Source: an uncultured Gammaproteobacteria bacterium
GTDB taxonomy: Bacteria; Pseudomonadota; Gammaproteobacteria; JAADHQ01
Length of the DNA stretch: 64,000 bases
NCBI GenBank assembly: GCA_947258655.1
Contig: CAMYJD010000018.1
Span: 3,294-67,293 of the forward strand
Direction of reading: 5' to 3'
Shown here in pieces: positions 1-9,589 of this stretch (positions are counted from its first letter, which is position 1; each line of letters opens with the position of its first letter). The notes under the pieces are model-generated. The model was not told the DNA's origin. It did not search any database and worked only from the letters and a program-made list of their open reading frames with translations. The position numbers were made by a program, and so were the translations under genes.

Positions 1-20
1 ATCAGGGCCTGGATCATCCA

Positions 21-1178
21 ATGAAGGAATTGCTTTATCCAGCACGACTTGCAGAATCCAAAAACATGCGGAAAAATTATTCATATAAAGTAGGTGAGGG
101 GGAAATAATGGAAGCACTTGCGAAACGTCTACGATCTACCAGACTCCTTGGGCCATTATCGAAAGAACAATTGATAAATCTGCTGGAGCAGAAAGGGATA
201 ACTACTGCGCGTGCAGGAGATATTATAATCCATGAAGAAAAAGAGATGCATGATCATCTGATTTTAATAGAGGGTGAGTTAGAGGCTCAGCGTACGTGGT
301 CCGTACCCGGAGATAATGACAAAAGTTATACATGGAATCTGAAGCCCGCCAATATAGAAGGAGGTTTTGCTTTTTTAGGTGCCGCCAATCGTATTCGGGC
401 CAGAGCAATTACCGATATCAGGTATGTGCGGATCGATGCAGATAGCATTGATGAATTGTTGGGATGGAGCCAGCAGTTTTCTGAGGAGATTGAGAAGGAC
501 CCGGAATTAAAACATCGCATGTCATTGGTCAAACAGGTAAGTATTTTTCATGAAGTCCCATTAGAGAATGTAAAGACTGCATTTGAGCGCATGCAACCTA
601 AAGACGTACAGGCAGGCGAGACAGTGATAACTGAAGGCGAGATGGGTGATTGTTATTACCTTATTGACAGCGGTGAGGCTGAGGTTATGCGTACTGACCC
701 ATTTACCGATGAAACGAGTTGCGTAGCAAAGCTTGGGCCAGGTGATGCCTTTGGTGAGGAAGCCTTGTTACAGAACGGATATCGGAATGCGACAGTCGCC
801 ATGACGACCCCGGGGAAACTGCTGGTGTTGGATAAAATGGATTTTGATGAATTACTAACCCCTGGACTTATTGAAGAGGTAACAGCCGAGCACGCGATTG
901 AAATGGTAGAAAACGGCGATGCCAAATGGCTCGATTGCAGATATGACATGGAGTATGAAGAATCCAGGATACCAGGTGCACCTTTAATCCCTTTAGACCG
1001 ATTAAGATGGGATATTCATACGCTTGACCCCGATCAAACCTATATTGTTTATTGTCGTAGTGGTCGTCGCAGCAAGGCAGGAGCCTTTTTATTAAGGGAG
1101 AGAAATATTAATGCATTGTCTATGAGCGGCGGGATAAAAGGCTGGCCATACGAAATAGATACATCACCAATTGAATAA
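21..1178 (+). CDS. cyclic-nucleotide-binding (2x cNMP domains) + C-terminal rhodanese domain protein
   Basis: Two 'GDAFGEEALL'-type cNMP-binding motifs. C-terminal rhodanese active-site loop 'YCRSGRRSKAG'. Confidence 0.6.
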   Translation: MKELLYPARLAESKNMRKNYSYKVGEGEIMEALAKRLRSTRLLGPLSKEQLINLLEQKGITTARAGDIIIHEEKEMHDHLILIEGELEAQRTWSVPGDNDKSYTWNLKPANIEGGFAFLGAANRIRARAITDIRYVRIDADSIDELLGWSQQFSEEIEKDPELKHRMSLVKQVSIFHEVPLENVKTAFERMQPKDVQAGETVITEGEMGDCYYLIDSGEAEVMRTDPFTDETSCVAKLGPGDAFGEEALLQNGYRNATVAMTTPGKLLVLDKMDFDELLTPGLIEEVTAEHAIEMVENGDAKWLDCRYDMEYEESRIPGAPLIPLDRLRWDIHTLDPDQTYIVYCRSGRRSKAGAFLLRERNINALSMSGGIKGWPYEIDTSPIE

Positions 1179-1237
1179 AGTTTTCTGAATTTAAAACAAC
1201 CCTGTTACCTTTCTTATGAGCGCATCGGAGGCACATA

Positions 1238-1741
1238 ATGAGAAAACATATTTTTATATGCAGTCACTTATTGGCAATTAGTTTAATGATGATTCCTTTT
1301 GCTCATACCCATGCAAGAGCAGGCAATGAAGATGCACTAAAAGATGTTAGTACTGTTAAAGTGATTACCATGATTTCGTCGGAAAAACCTAAAAAGGTAT
1401 TAGGCCAACTGGATAGCCTGATACCCTTGCATGACCAGTTAAGGGCTCAGGGTGTAAAGCTGGAACTGGTTGTTGTATTCATTGGGCCAAGTGTACGTTT
1501 TGTTATGGCTGAGCCAGATGAGGAAACATTGTTTGAACATGACTTCTATTTACGCAAGATAGAGAATACTTTAAAGCAGCTTGCAAAGCTTAAGAGTGTT
1601 ATGGAGGTCTGCACTTTTTCTACAAATGTCTTTAAACTCGACCACAATAAACTGATCAAACCACTCAAGCCTGTCGGCAATGGTTATATATCGATGGTGG
1701 GCTATCAAGCCAAGGGTTATGAATCTCTTCCTCTTTTCTGA
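1238..1741 (+). CDS. secreted DsrE/DsrF(YchN)-like family protein (tentative)
   Basis: N-terminal signal peptide. Conserved 'EVC..S' and C-terminal 'KGY' pattern resembling the DsrE/TusD fold. Its 3' end is duplicated at 6358-6424. Confidence 0.35.
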   Translation: MRKHIFICSHLLAISLMMIPFAHTHARAGNEDALKDVSTVKVITMISSEKPKKVLGQLDSLIPLHDQLRAQGVKLELVVVFIGPSVRFVMAEPDEETLFEHDFYLRKIENTLKQLAKLKSVMEVCTFSTNVFKLDHNKLIKPLKPVGNGYISMVGYQAKGYESLPLF

Positions 1742-1761
1742 TATTTACTACTTACTAATTG

Positions 1762-1821
1762 AGGTCAGAGTAAAAACTATCCATTATAATTTAACATAGA
1801 TAAAAGTTTTTACTCTGACCC
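1762..1821. repeat. MITE-like palindromic element, copy 1 (TIR GGGTCAGAGTAAAAACT)
   Basis: Terminal inverted repeats 'ggtcagagtaaaaactatcc ... agtttttactctgaccc' preceded by 'taatt'. Six related copies occur in the window. Confidence 0.7.
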
Positions 1822-2084
1822 GAATGGCACTTACTTAAGATGACAATCTCTTTCAGAGTAATAGATTGTCGTCATTGCGAGCCAATGGCAATACCTTACT
1901 ATGATAAATTCGTGGTCGCAGCGCGGCAATCTGCTTCAGCAGCCATTCCCTATCAGGCAATGCGATATCTCAATACGGAATTGGGGAGAAAATGTTAGGG
2001 GAGTAAACAGATTATGAAGGGGCTCAGCGACAAATCGCAATACGAATGATTATCAATTGTCACCGACCCCTTTTCCTACTTTTG

Positions 2085-3167
2085 CTATGGCAGGGCCGGA
2101 ATTGTCTGATCTGCGCCGGGGGCAGTTTGTCCAAAACCCCCGAGAACGCTAGATAACTGCCCGCTAGCGATATTTTCCCGACCACCGCTTACACTGCTCC
2201 AGGATCCGCTGGCGTGATTTGCAACACCACCGCTTACAGAACTATAGATACCACTGGCAACGTTGTCGATACCGCCGGTCACGCTGCTTCGATTACCACT
2301 GGCTACGTTAAACTGACCACCGACCACATTGCTAAAATTACCACTGGCAACGTTGTCGATACCGCCGGTCACGCTGCTGTGAAAGCCGCTTGCGATATTT
2401 TTTTCACCTCCAGTTACCGTGGCAGACGCACCATTTATTGCATTGAGTTTGCCGGCGACGACGCCGCCCCAGCGGGAGTAGCTGTTGCGGTCACCGATAA
2501 CGATATTGTGTGAGCCACTTTTATGGTCTATCGCCCAAACTTCACCTGCGGCTTGACAGGCTATTTGATCGGGATATTTACCGTCTGAGCAAACAGCAAG
2601 CGCTGGGCTAATGCGCGGTGTATTGTAGCCTACGATCATATTGCCCAGGCCATTCGTGACTGCGATCGAGCCTGTGCCATTTACCACCTGAAGGTTAACA
2701 CCATCAAACAGAGCGGTGGCATAGCCACTTGTATTGTCCAGATAAAGCAAGCCATCAAGATCAAGCACCGTGTTATTCTCAATCGCGGAAACACGCCCCT
2801 CTAATACCGTCACATCAAGGCCGGCAACAGTTTGTTCTAGCGCAGTCAGGTCGTTTTGCAAAGTGCTTATCAATCCGCCGTTTTGTGTGACATCAGTTTG
2901 CAGACTACCAAGGTCGTTTTGTAAGATAGTGATCGAACCCCCATTTTGCGCAATGCTGGCTTGCAGACTGGTGATAGTGCTGTTGGCGTTCGCTAAATCA
3001 GCCTGGAGAGAACTAATCGCATCCTGCGCTTCTGCCAATGCGCTCTCAAGCGCGGCAACACGTTTCGACACTGAACCAACTTTTTTAGGTTGTGCTGCCT
3101 GAGATATTGATACACCGGCAATAGTAATTAATAAAATACCAATACACGTTGTGATATAAGCTTTCAT
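2085..3167 (-). CDS. secreted coiled-coil protein with C-terminal Hep_Hag-like (YadA-head) repeats
   Basis: Signal peptide, LQxDL heptad coiled coil, then about 9 repeats of 'S.VTGG..N.ASG'. Internal 42-bp direct DNA repeat at about 2261/2341. Confidence 0.5.
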   Translation of the reverse strand: MKAYITTCIGILLITIAGVSISQAAQPKKVGSVSKRVAALESALAEAQDAISSLQADLANANSTITSLQASIAQNGGSITILQNDLGSLQTDVTQNGGLISTLQNDLTALEQTVAGLDVTVLEGRVSAIENNTVLDLDGLLYLDNTSGYATALFDGVNLQVVNGTGSIAVTNGLGNMIVGYNTPRISPALAVCSDGKYPDQIACQAAGEVWAIDHKSGSHNIVIGDRNSYSRWGGVVAGKLNAINGASATVTGGEKNIASGFHSSVTGGIDNVASGNFSNVVGGQFNVASGNRSSVTGGIDNVASGIYSSVSGGVANHASGSWSSVSGGRENIASGQLSSVLGGFGQTAPGADQTIPALP

Positions 3168-3265
3168 GACTACATCTCCTTGTCAGACGAGTAAAGGAAG
3201 AATAAATGCTTTATTTTTCCAAGTCCACTGCAAGTTTACTGTGAATGAGACAGCCTAGATTAATT

Positions 3266-3326
3266 GGGGTCAGAGTAATAACATTCCTTTCTCCTTAATG
3301 ATTTAGACCAGAGTTTGTACACTGAC
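3266..3326. repeat. MITE-like element, degenerate copy 2
   Basis: 'taattggggtcagagtaataac...gatttagaccagagtttgtacactgac'. Mutated arms of the same family. Confidence 0.55.
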
Positions 3327-3595
3327 TACAAAGGTTGCGTTATTCCTTGGTCATCGAGCATAAAATATTTACAAGCGCGAAAAGGCATCATAAAGAGATC
3401 AGACTCTTTTTATCGTAATGTTAAATTATTGTTAAGGATATTCTATCGATCTTCGTGTATACCCTATCTTGCGTATAATTCTCTTCTTAAGCATGCCTAT
3501 TTAACACCTATAAATTACAAACAACATTCAGCTTTGATTCAGGTTAATCATAGTAAACTGATTAACTTATCAACCACTACAGTAATGGTGAAATT

Positions 3596-4207
3596 ATGCA
3601 ATCAATTAAGTACGCTCTATACATATTCACTCTCGCCTTAATGACAAGCACGCCTACGGCATATGCAGACAAACCAGACAGGGAACTGAAACGTGAGCAT
3701 CGCCTTGATCGCGAAGAAGCGTACAAGGAACGCATGGAAGAAGAGCGCGTACGCCGCGAGGAGTGGGATGAAAGTCGCAGAGAAGAACAGGAGAAGCGCG
3801 AAGAGGCACGTAATGAGCGCATAGAAGAAGAGCGTGAACGTCGCAAGGAGTGGAAAGAAAGACACAAAGAAGAACACAAGGAACGTAAAGAGGCGCATAA
3901 GGAAAAAAAGAAAATAGAACGCGAGCAAATGAAACGTGAGCGTGAATTAGAAAAGGAAGAGCGTAAACAATATAGAGAAATGAAGCGCGAGGAGCGTAAA
4001 GATCGAGAAGAAATGAAGCGCGAAGACCGTAAGCATTATGAAGAAATGAAACGTGAGGATCATAAGCATCGTGACGAGATGAGGCATGAACATCACAAGC
4101 ATAATGAAGAGATGGAAAAAGAATACAGAGAATCAGGTAAAGGTTCGGAACAAGGGCAGCATCGGAGGGAAGATGTACGCAAGAAATGGTGGAAATTCTG
4201 GGAGTAA
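3596..4207 (+). CDS. secreted hyper-charged (K/R/E/H-rich) tandem-repeat protein
   Basis: Signal peptide 'MQSIKYALYIFTLALMTSTPTAYA' followed by degenerate 'EEMKRE[DE]RK' repeats. His-rich C-terminal part. Confidence 0.5.
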   Translation: MQSIKYALYIFTLALMTSTPTAYADKPDRELKREHRLDREEAYKERMEEERVRREEWDESRREEQEKREEARNERIEEERERRKEWKERHKEEHKERKEAHKEKKKIEREQMKRERELEKEERKQYREMKREERKDREEMKREDRKHYEEMKREDHKHRDEMRHEHHKHNEEMEKEYRESGKGSEQGQHRREDVRKKWWKFWE

Positions 4208-4904
4208 CTTACATGTACTAGCTCGGACTTAATCTGACAGTATTATATCTGCGTTTCTATAAAGTCTGACAATAGACAAGGACTCAAATTTAGTCAGGAT
4301 CGGACCTTACACTGAAATAGACTGAACATCCGAGAACGACCCAAATCGGCCTATTAGATAAATTTAATAAAGGTTTGATGTAAACCAGAAATGACAGTTT
4401 AGCAATTAGAAGTTTATACATCTTAATTCAGGATAAGTGTAATCATTTGTGTATTGCGCTATCAGTGGGCAAGCGGGTCTGCTTGACTGAGTTCTGTAAA
4501 TAACATACAACACCTGTTGTTGCACATACGTGCCGCAGCCCGGATACGTTATGCCGAATGGCTGCAACGGGGCGTATGGGGAGGTAAAGCACTCGATTTT
4601 CCATTGATATTGATGGAATTCAGACTAAATCCGGGACCATCTATCCGCTAGCCGACAGCGTGGCAGTCGATCACGGGCCGAACAATGAAGCGGTGGAGTT
4701 TTTCGGACCGTGCCCGGCCGAGGATGTGCGAGGTAACAACCGACCAGTCGACGCCTCGCAGTGTGACATCGGCGCATCCGAGATCTCGCGGTGAGCACCC
4801 GAAAAACCGGGGGTCAGCTATCAAGGATCTGACCGTCTGAGTGGGCTCGATTTGAGGTTCATGGTGGGTCGGACCAGGCCTGGTCCGACCCCGTATTGCC
4901 GTTG

Positions 4905-5828
4905 CTATTTCGAAGACAGGGTATCGAAGGGTTTGCTCCAGGTCGCTCCAATCCTGAACAGGTTTCCTGGCAAGACATTTCCAAAACGAATTCGAAAATC
5001 CAGCTCCGTACCAGGTAGCGACGACGGCGACTCACCCGGCTGCCACCAGAAACTATCGTCGGCCCCAGGATTCTCAAACTCTCCACCATCGATATTTTCC
5101 CATTGCCCTCCGGCAACCCGATAGTCATAGCCCCACCAGGGAAAGTCATAATTAAACTCGGCATCAGGATCAATAAAACAATGGACTACTTCAGCATAGA
5201 AGGCCCGTACATCGTATGCCGTCCCTGTTAACCTGAAATAGTTATTCTCGTCATCATACCAGTGTTGTGGTTTGCTTTGCGGGCCATCATTATCACTCAA
5301 AAAGGCCAGTCCGTAACCGAAACCTAGAATGTCATTGCTAAAACTGGCAAAATCCTGCTGCTCAATACAGAAATTACCTCCACCTTCGGATGGTGGATTG
5401 CCCAGGCCGAGCTCTGTGCGCGCCCATCCCTGCTGCCTAGTCCGATCCGGCTTACCATAAACCTTAAGCAGCGTGTCTGGAATTCGGGTTCCCACCGTGG
5501 TGACAGCCCACAGCAAGTCTACCGGGTTAGACCGTCTCAATATAGGCTGTTGTGAAATTCGTTGGGTGGCATGCTGGCTAGTTTCTCTAACGACAAAACC
5601 AAGTGTCACCCCACTCTTATCTTTGATCTCGAAAAGTCGCAAGACGCTGCCGTTATCAAACTCCAATTTGAGGCTGTTGTTCATTGTTAAAGCACCTGCT
5701 CCCCCGGGCTTTTCGATAAAATCATCGGTCAAGGTAGCAGAATGGACACTGGGTATAATCATCGCAACACCCAGAAACAGCGAGGTGAGGTACATTAATA
5801 GATAGTTATGAATAGATTCGTAGCGCAT
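4905..5828 (-). CDS. hypothetical secreted protein
   Basis: Internal ATG (MRYESIH...) with upstream AGGGAGAG RBS and signal peptide. The longer track ORF 4905..6044 has an implausible N-terminus. Confidence 0.5.
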   Translation of the reverse strand: MRYESIHNYLLMYLTSLFLGVAMIIPSVHSATLTDDFIEKPGGAGALTMNNSLKLEFDNGSVLRLFEIKDKSGVTLGFVVRETSQHATQRISQQPILRRSNPVDLLWAVTTVGTRIPDTLLKVYGKPDRTRQQGWARTELGLGNPPSEGGGNFCIEQQDFASFSNDILGFGYGLAFLSDNDGPQSKPQHWYDDENNYFRLTGTAYDVRAFYAEVVHCFIDPDAEFNYDFPWWGYDYRVAGGQWENIDGGEFENPGADDSFWWQPGESPSSLPGTELDFRIRFGNVLPGNLFRIGATWSKPFDTLSSK

Positions 5829-6283
5829 TGGACTCTCCCTTTCATATCTTGTTGGTCTATAGCTGCAACTGCAATGATTAAAAACTAAAGCAATGGTTCT
5901 GCCATGACAGTGAAAAATCTCACACACGGTGTGTGATAAATTTGCGTAGATGGGGATCTGAACTCGTAAAGATAATATATATCCACGAAATAACCACTTC
6001 CAATGATATCTTGCAGCAGGAGTGGATACGAGTCGTGCTGCCATGCGCCAAGCTCATCGGAACATGACAGGCGATTACCGTCTAACGCGGACAGTAAGAA
6101 AAGAAAGAAAAGGGGTCTGACCCCTTTTAATTTGAAAGACTGCTATAGGGTGTATCAGACCTTCATGTTCAGTCAATATTGCCAGGTCAAGTATAAATCT
6201 GTTCTGTAATATGTCAGATGAGGTTTGAACTACTACAACTTACATAATCTTTTCTTTAGTTTTTTGATAAAAATAACTAATTT

Positions 6284-6345
6284 GGGCTCAGAGTAAAAAC
6301 TATCCTTCATCCTTTGATTTAGACCAGAGTTTTTACTCTGACACC
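6284..6345. repeat. MITE-like element, copy 3
   Basis: 'gggctcagagtaaaaactatccttcatcctttgatttagaccagagtttttactctgacac'. Confidence 0.7.
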
Positions 6346-6357
6346 AAATATTACAAC

Positions 6358-6424
6358 TATTAATGGTTATATATCGATGGAGGGTTATCAGGCCAAGGGC
6401 TTTGAGTCTCTATCCCTCTTTTGA
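6358..6424 (+). pseudogene. 3'-terminal fragment of a DsrE-like paralogue (..INGYISMEGYQAKGFESLSLF*) abutting the MITE
   Basis: Near-identical to the 3' end of the 1238-1741 gene (GNGYISMVGYQAKGYESLPLF*). Followed by the same ~70-bp downstream block (6477-6548 vs 2010-2078). Confidence 0.45.
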
Positions 6425-6612
6425 GATTTACTACAGCAGTTATGATAAATCACAGAGAGAAAGTATTGAGGGCAGTAAACAGATTATTAAAGAAGGTCGG
6501 CGATAAATCGTAATACGAATGATTATCAATTGTCACCGACCCCTTTCTTGTTGCCTTTCTTGGAAGCCGACGTTCATAATTATTGAGAAAGGACACGAAT
6601 TCCTGATACTAA

Positions 6613-8442
6613 CTAAATTTCATTATCAGCCAGTAATTCTTTCACCGCTTTTTTGAATTCATCAACACGAATGGGTTTGGAGAAGTAACGACGGAATCCA
6701 GATCGTAGCCCCATTTCAACTTCCTGTGGCATGGCATTGGCACTCAAGGCTATCGTCGGCGTGTCACTGAGTTTTTCATGTTCTTGCAGTTTTTTTAATA
6801 CTTCAAAACCATCCATTCCCGGCAAGCAGACATCCAGAATTATTAGGTCCGGTTTATGAGCTGCCGCCATCTCCAGACCCAGTTGAGGCGTATGTGCTGT
6901 CAATAAATGAATCTTCGGCATATCTTCAACGAGGGCCTTGAGCAACTTAATGTGAGAAGGGTTATCTTCAATATATAACAGGGTATTACGCTGTTTCGTC
7001 TCAGTTCCAACTAAGGATGCAGACATGACAGGTTCTTTCTTTTCACATTCTGATGCGGTCTGTTGAGCCAGTTTCAGATCAACCCAGAATGTACTGCCCT
7101 TTCCGGGTTGCGATTCCACACCAATGGAACCGCCCATTAATTCGACCAGATGCTTGGAAAGGGACAAACCTATACCGGTGCCCTGGGTTGCATAGGTGTT
7201 GAGGTATAGCCGACTGAAAGGCTCGAATAACACTTTCTGATCTCCTTTTGCTATCCCGGCACCGGTATCAGTCACAGTGATCCGCCCGAACCCAGCATCC
7301 GTTTCCTGGCATGTCACGGCCACGCTGCCGCCTTCGCGGTTGTATTTAACCGCGTTGGAGAGGAGATTCAGCAATATCTGTTTTACGCGCAAGACATCGG
7401 CCTTCACGGTACAGCCCTCACAATTCACATTTTCCATATACTCAAGAGTGATATTCCGGTCCTGGGTCAATGGCAGCATGGTATTCACGCATTCCTGGAT
7501 GATTGCAGACGTGTTGATAGTGTCCATCGAAAGTTCCAGCTTATTTGCCTCAATGCTGGCTAGATCCAGTACATCATCGACCAGACTCAACAAGTGCCAT
7601 CCTGAACTCAGGATCGTCTGGGCATATTCACGGCGTTTAACTTGATTAAGACTGGCATCGTCGGCGTTTAGTAGCTGGGAAAAGCCAAGAATAGAATTAA
7701 GGGGTGTGCGCAGCTCGTGGCTCATGCGTGCCATGAATTGTGATTTGGCCAGGTTTGCAGATTCAGCCTCCGCTACAGCCATTTCCATCTGTTCTTCTCT
7801 CTCTTTAGCTTCAATATGTAACGCAATATTTTGCCTTGTTGTTTCATTAAAATTTCGTGCGCTATTGAGAAGAACAATCAGATATAACGTCAACATAACA
7901 CCCATAATAATGCCTATCTGCGTGCCTGTTATCGTTATGCGCACAATTATGGGTAACAGGAGCAAAATGAGAAAGCTGTAAACCGGTAGTCGTTGAAATG
8001 AAAGTGTTCCTATTGAACCTGCAGTCATACCGCCTAATACGAACACGATAAATACCTGGTGAACAATCGAGCTATCCGGGAATAAGAATATACTTACAGA
8101 TGCCCAGGCAATACCGGTTAAAATAACACCGATATTGAATTTATATGCCCAGTTTTTATACTCTTCAATATTGGGTGAAGCTTGTTTGAAGGCAAAGCCA
8201 TTCCAGCCTCGCCATAACATCAGTATTATGATAATTCCTAACCACATCGACAGGGCTTTAGCATCAACAGTATTCCACAACACAACTGCCAGTAAAACAG
8301 CATTAACTATCGTTGCAAAAACAATCAGAGGAATGCTTTTGTAAAGCAATCGTATTTGTTCGGCATGAATCAAGCCTGAACTTATGTTGATTACATCAGA
8401 ATCCCCGTCTTCTTGTTGCCCCTGTATATTTGAATTTACCAA
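6613..8442 (-). CDS. hybrid sensor histidine kinase/response regulator (multi-TM sensor, HisKA, HATPase, C-terminal receiver)
   Basis: H-box 'SHELRTPLNSILGFSQLL', G-boxes, C-terminal REC domain with 'DLIILDVCLPGMDG'. Confidence 0.8.
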   Translation of the reverse strand: MVNSNIQGQQEDGDSDVINISSGLIHAEQIRLLYKSIPLIVFATIVNAVLLAVVLWNTVDAKALSMWLGIIIILMLWRGWNGFAFKQASPNIEEYKNWAYKFNIGVILTGIAWASVSIFLFPDSSIVHQVFIVFVLGGMTAGSIGTLSFQRLPVYSFLILLLLPIIVRITITGTQIGIIMGVMLTLYLIVLLNSARNFNETTRQNIALHIEAKEREEQMEMAVAEAESANLAKSQFMARMSHELRTPLNSILGFSQLLNADDASLNQVKRREYAQTILSSGWHLLSLVDDVLDLASIEANKLELSMDTINTSAIIQECVNTMLPLTQDRNITLEYMENVNCEGCTVKADVLRVKQILLNLLSNAVKYNREGGSVAVTCQETDAGFGRITVTDTGAGIAKGDQKVLFEPFSRLYLNTYATQGTGIGLSLSKHLVELMGGSIGVESQPGKGSTFWVDLKLAQQTASECEKKEPVMSASLVGTETKQRNTLLYIEDNPSHIKLLKALVEDMPKIHLLTAHTPQLGLEMAAAHKPDLIILDVCLPGMDGFEVLKKLQEHEKLSDTPTIALSANAMPQEVEMGLRSGFRRYFSKPIRVDEFKKAVKELLADNEI

Positions 8443-8536
8443 CGTATAAATCCTGGTTTTTATGATATTTAGATTAAGTCTATACTAGTAGGCAGGAAAA
8501 CTCTTTATATTATAGATAGGATAATTACCTGGTGTT

Positions 8537-8641
8537 ATGAATATAGGTGATATATTAGCAAATTGTATATTATTACACTCACCCAACAAAATGATCCTGT
8601 ATGAATATCTCTACTTCAGGTCGGCTCCAGAGTTATATTAG
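8537..8641 (+). CDS. candidate small peptide ORF (34 aa, MNIGDILANCILLHSPNKMILYEYLYFRSAPELY), possible RiPP precursor
   Basis: GGTG 6 nt upstream of the ATG. Stops 10 nt before the radical-SAM frame-A ATG. Aromatic-rich C-terminus. Speculative. Confidence 0.2.
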   Translation: MNIGDILANCILLHSPNKMILYEYLYFRSAPELY

Positions 8642-8797
8642 AAATCCCTAAATGACCCCTTTCGGTCAACTCCGGCCTGACAGCCCCATTGCTGCGGGCA
8701 GAAAAGGGGTCAGACTGAACCTCCCCCACTGTGCCAGTTAAAATGCCCTGGATGCAAGCAGAGTAAGGCAAATTATAAAAAACAATTTCGAAATAGC

Positions 8798-9589
8798 ATG
8801 CAAATAACAGTTGATGAATTTAAGAATATTGTTGATCCACTTAGTGACACCCTTCTTGGGATTAGTTTAAGCAATCATGGAGAACCTTTGCTCCACAAAA
8901 ATATTTCCACGCTAATCGAATACGCTCACCAGAAAAATATTGCTGTTAGCTTCCCAACTAATTTGTCGCTAAAGCTAGACAAAGCATCAATAGAGAAACT
9001 TGTTAAATCTGGATTGGACTCCATTGTGGTTTCTTTAGATGGAGCGTCGGAAGAAACATATAGTAAATATAGAGTTGGGGGTGACTTCAAATTAATCCTA
9101 GACAACGTTAAAACAATTTCACGGGAAAAACGACTTCTTGGGCTAAACCGACCTAAACTTATATGGAAATTCGTAGTGTTTGATCATAACAAACATGAAC
9201 TAGATATGGTTGTAAAAAGACACCGTGAGTTAGGTTTTGATACATATAGCTTTGTACAAGATTACCGGTCTAACATTGCCAAAAAGGCAGGACACAAATA
9301 TAAAAAACGTTTTCGGAGAAAGCATCAAGGCTGCTTTTGGTTATGGCATGCGATGATTATCAGCTGGAATGGCGAGGTATTTCCTTGTTGTAAAAGCCAA
9401 TCCTTTGATCTTGGAAATGCCATTAATGATAACAGCGTTGATATTTGGCGATCAGAGGGCTATCGGACTCTGAGGCAGGGATTTTCGAGTGCAGAAGATT
9501 TAACTATGATGAATCCAATATGCAGAAGGTGTATGGGTTATGAATCAGCACCTTCCGTTGATACAAAAAGCCTTACAAAGGCAGTCTAG
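8798..9589 (+). CDS. radical SAM / SPASM(twitch)-domain protein, N-terminus disrupted (see findings)
   Basis: 'GEPLLH' SAM-binding motif and C-terminal Cys cluster 'CCKSQ...ICRRCMGY'. The CX3CX2C motif (CQLKCPGC) is encoded in-frame upstream of the first start codon. An alternative ATG at 8652 lies in another frame. Confidence 0.6.
   Translation: MQITVDEFKNIVDPLSDTLLGISLSNHGEPLLHKNISTLIEYAHQKNIAVSFPTNLSLKLDKASIEKLVKSGLDSIVVSLDGASEETYSKYRVGGDFKLILDNVKTISREKRLLGLNRPKLIWKFVVFDHNKHELDMVVKRHRELGFDTYSFVQDYRSNIAKKAGHKYKKRFRRKHQGCFWLWHAMIISWNGEVFPCCKSQSFDLGNAINDNSVDIWRSEGYRTLRQGFSSAEDLTMMNPICRRCMGYESAPSVDTKSLTKAV

Noticed and set aside
4905-6044. Full-length 379-aa version of the minus-strand ORF
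   Set aside because: The N-terminal 72 residues are Cys/His/Arg-rich and lack an RBS. The internal ATG at 5828 has AGGGAGAG upstream and begins a canonical signal peptide, so the shorter start is preferred.
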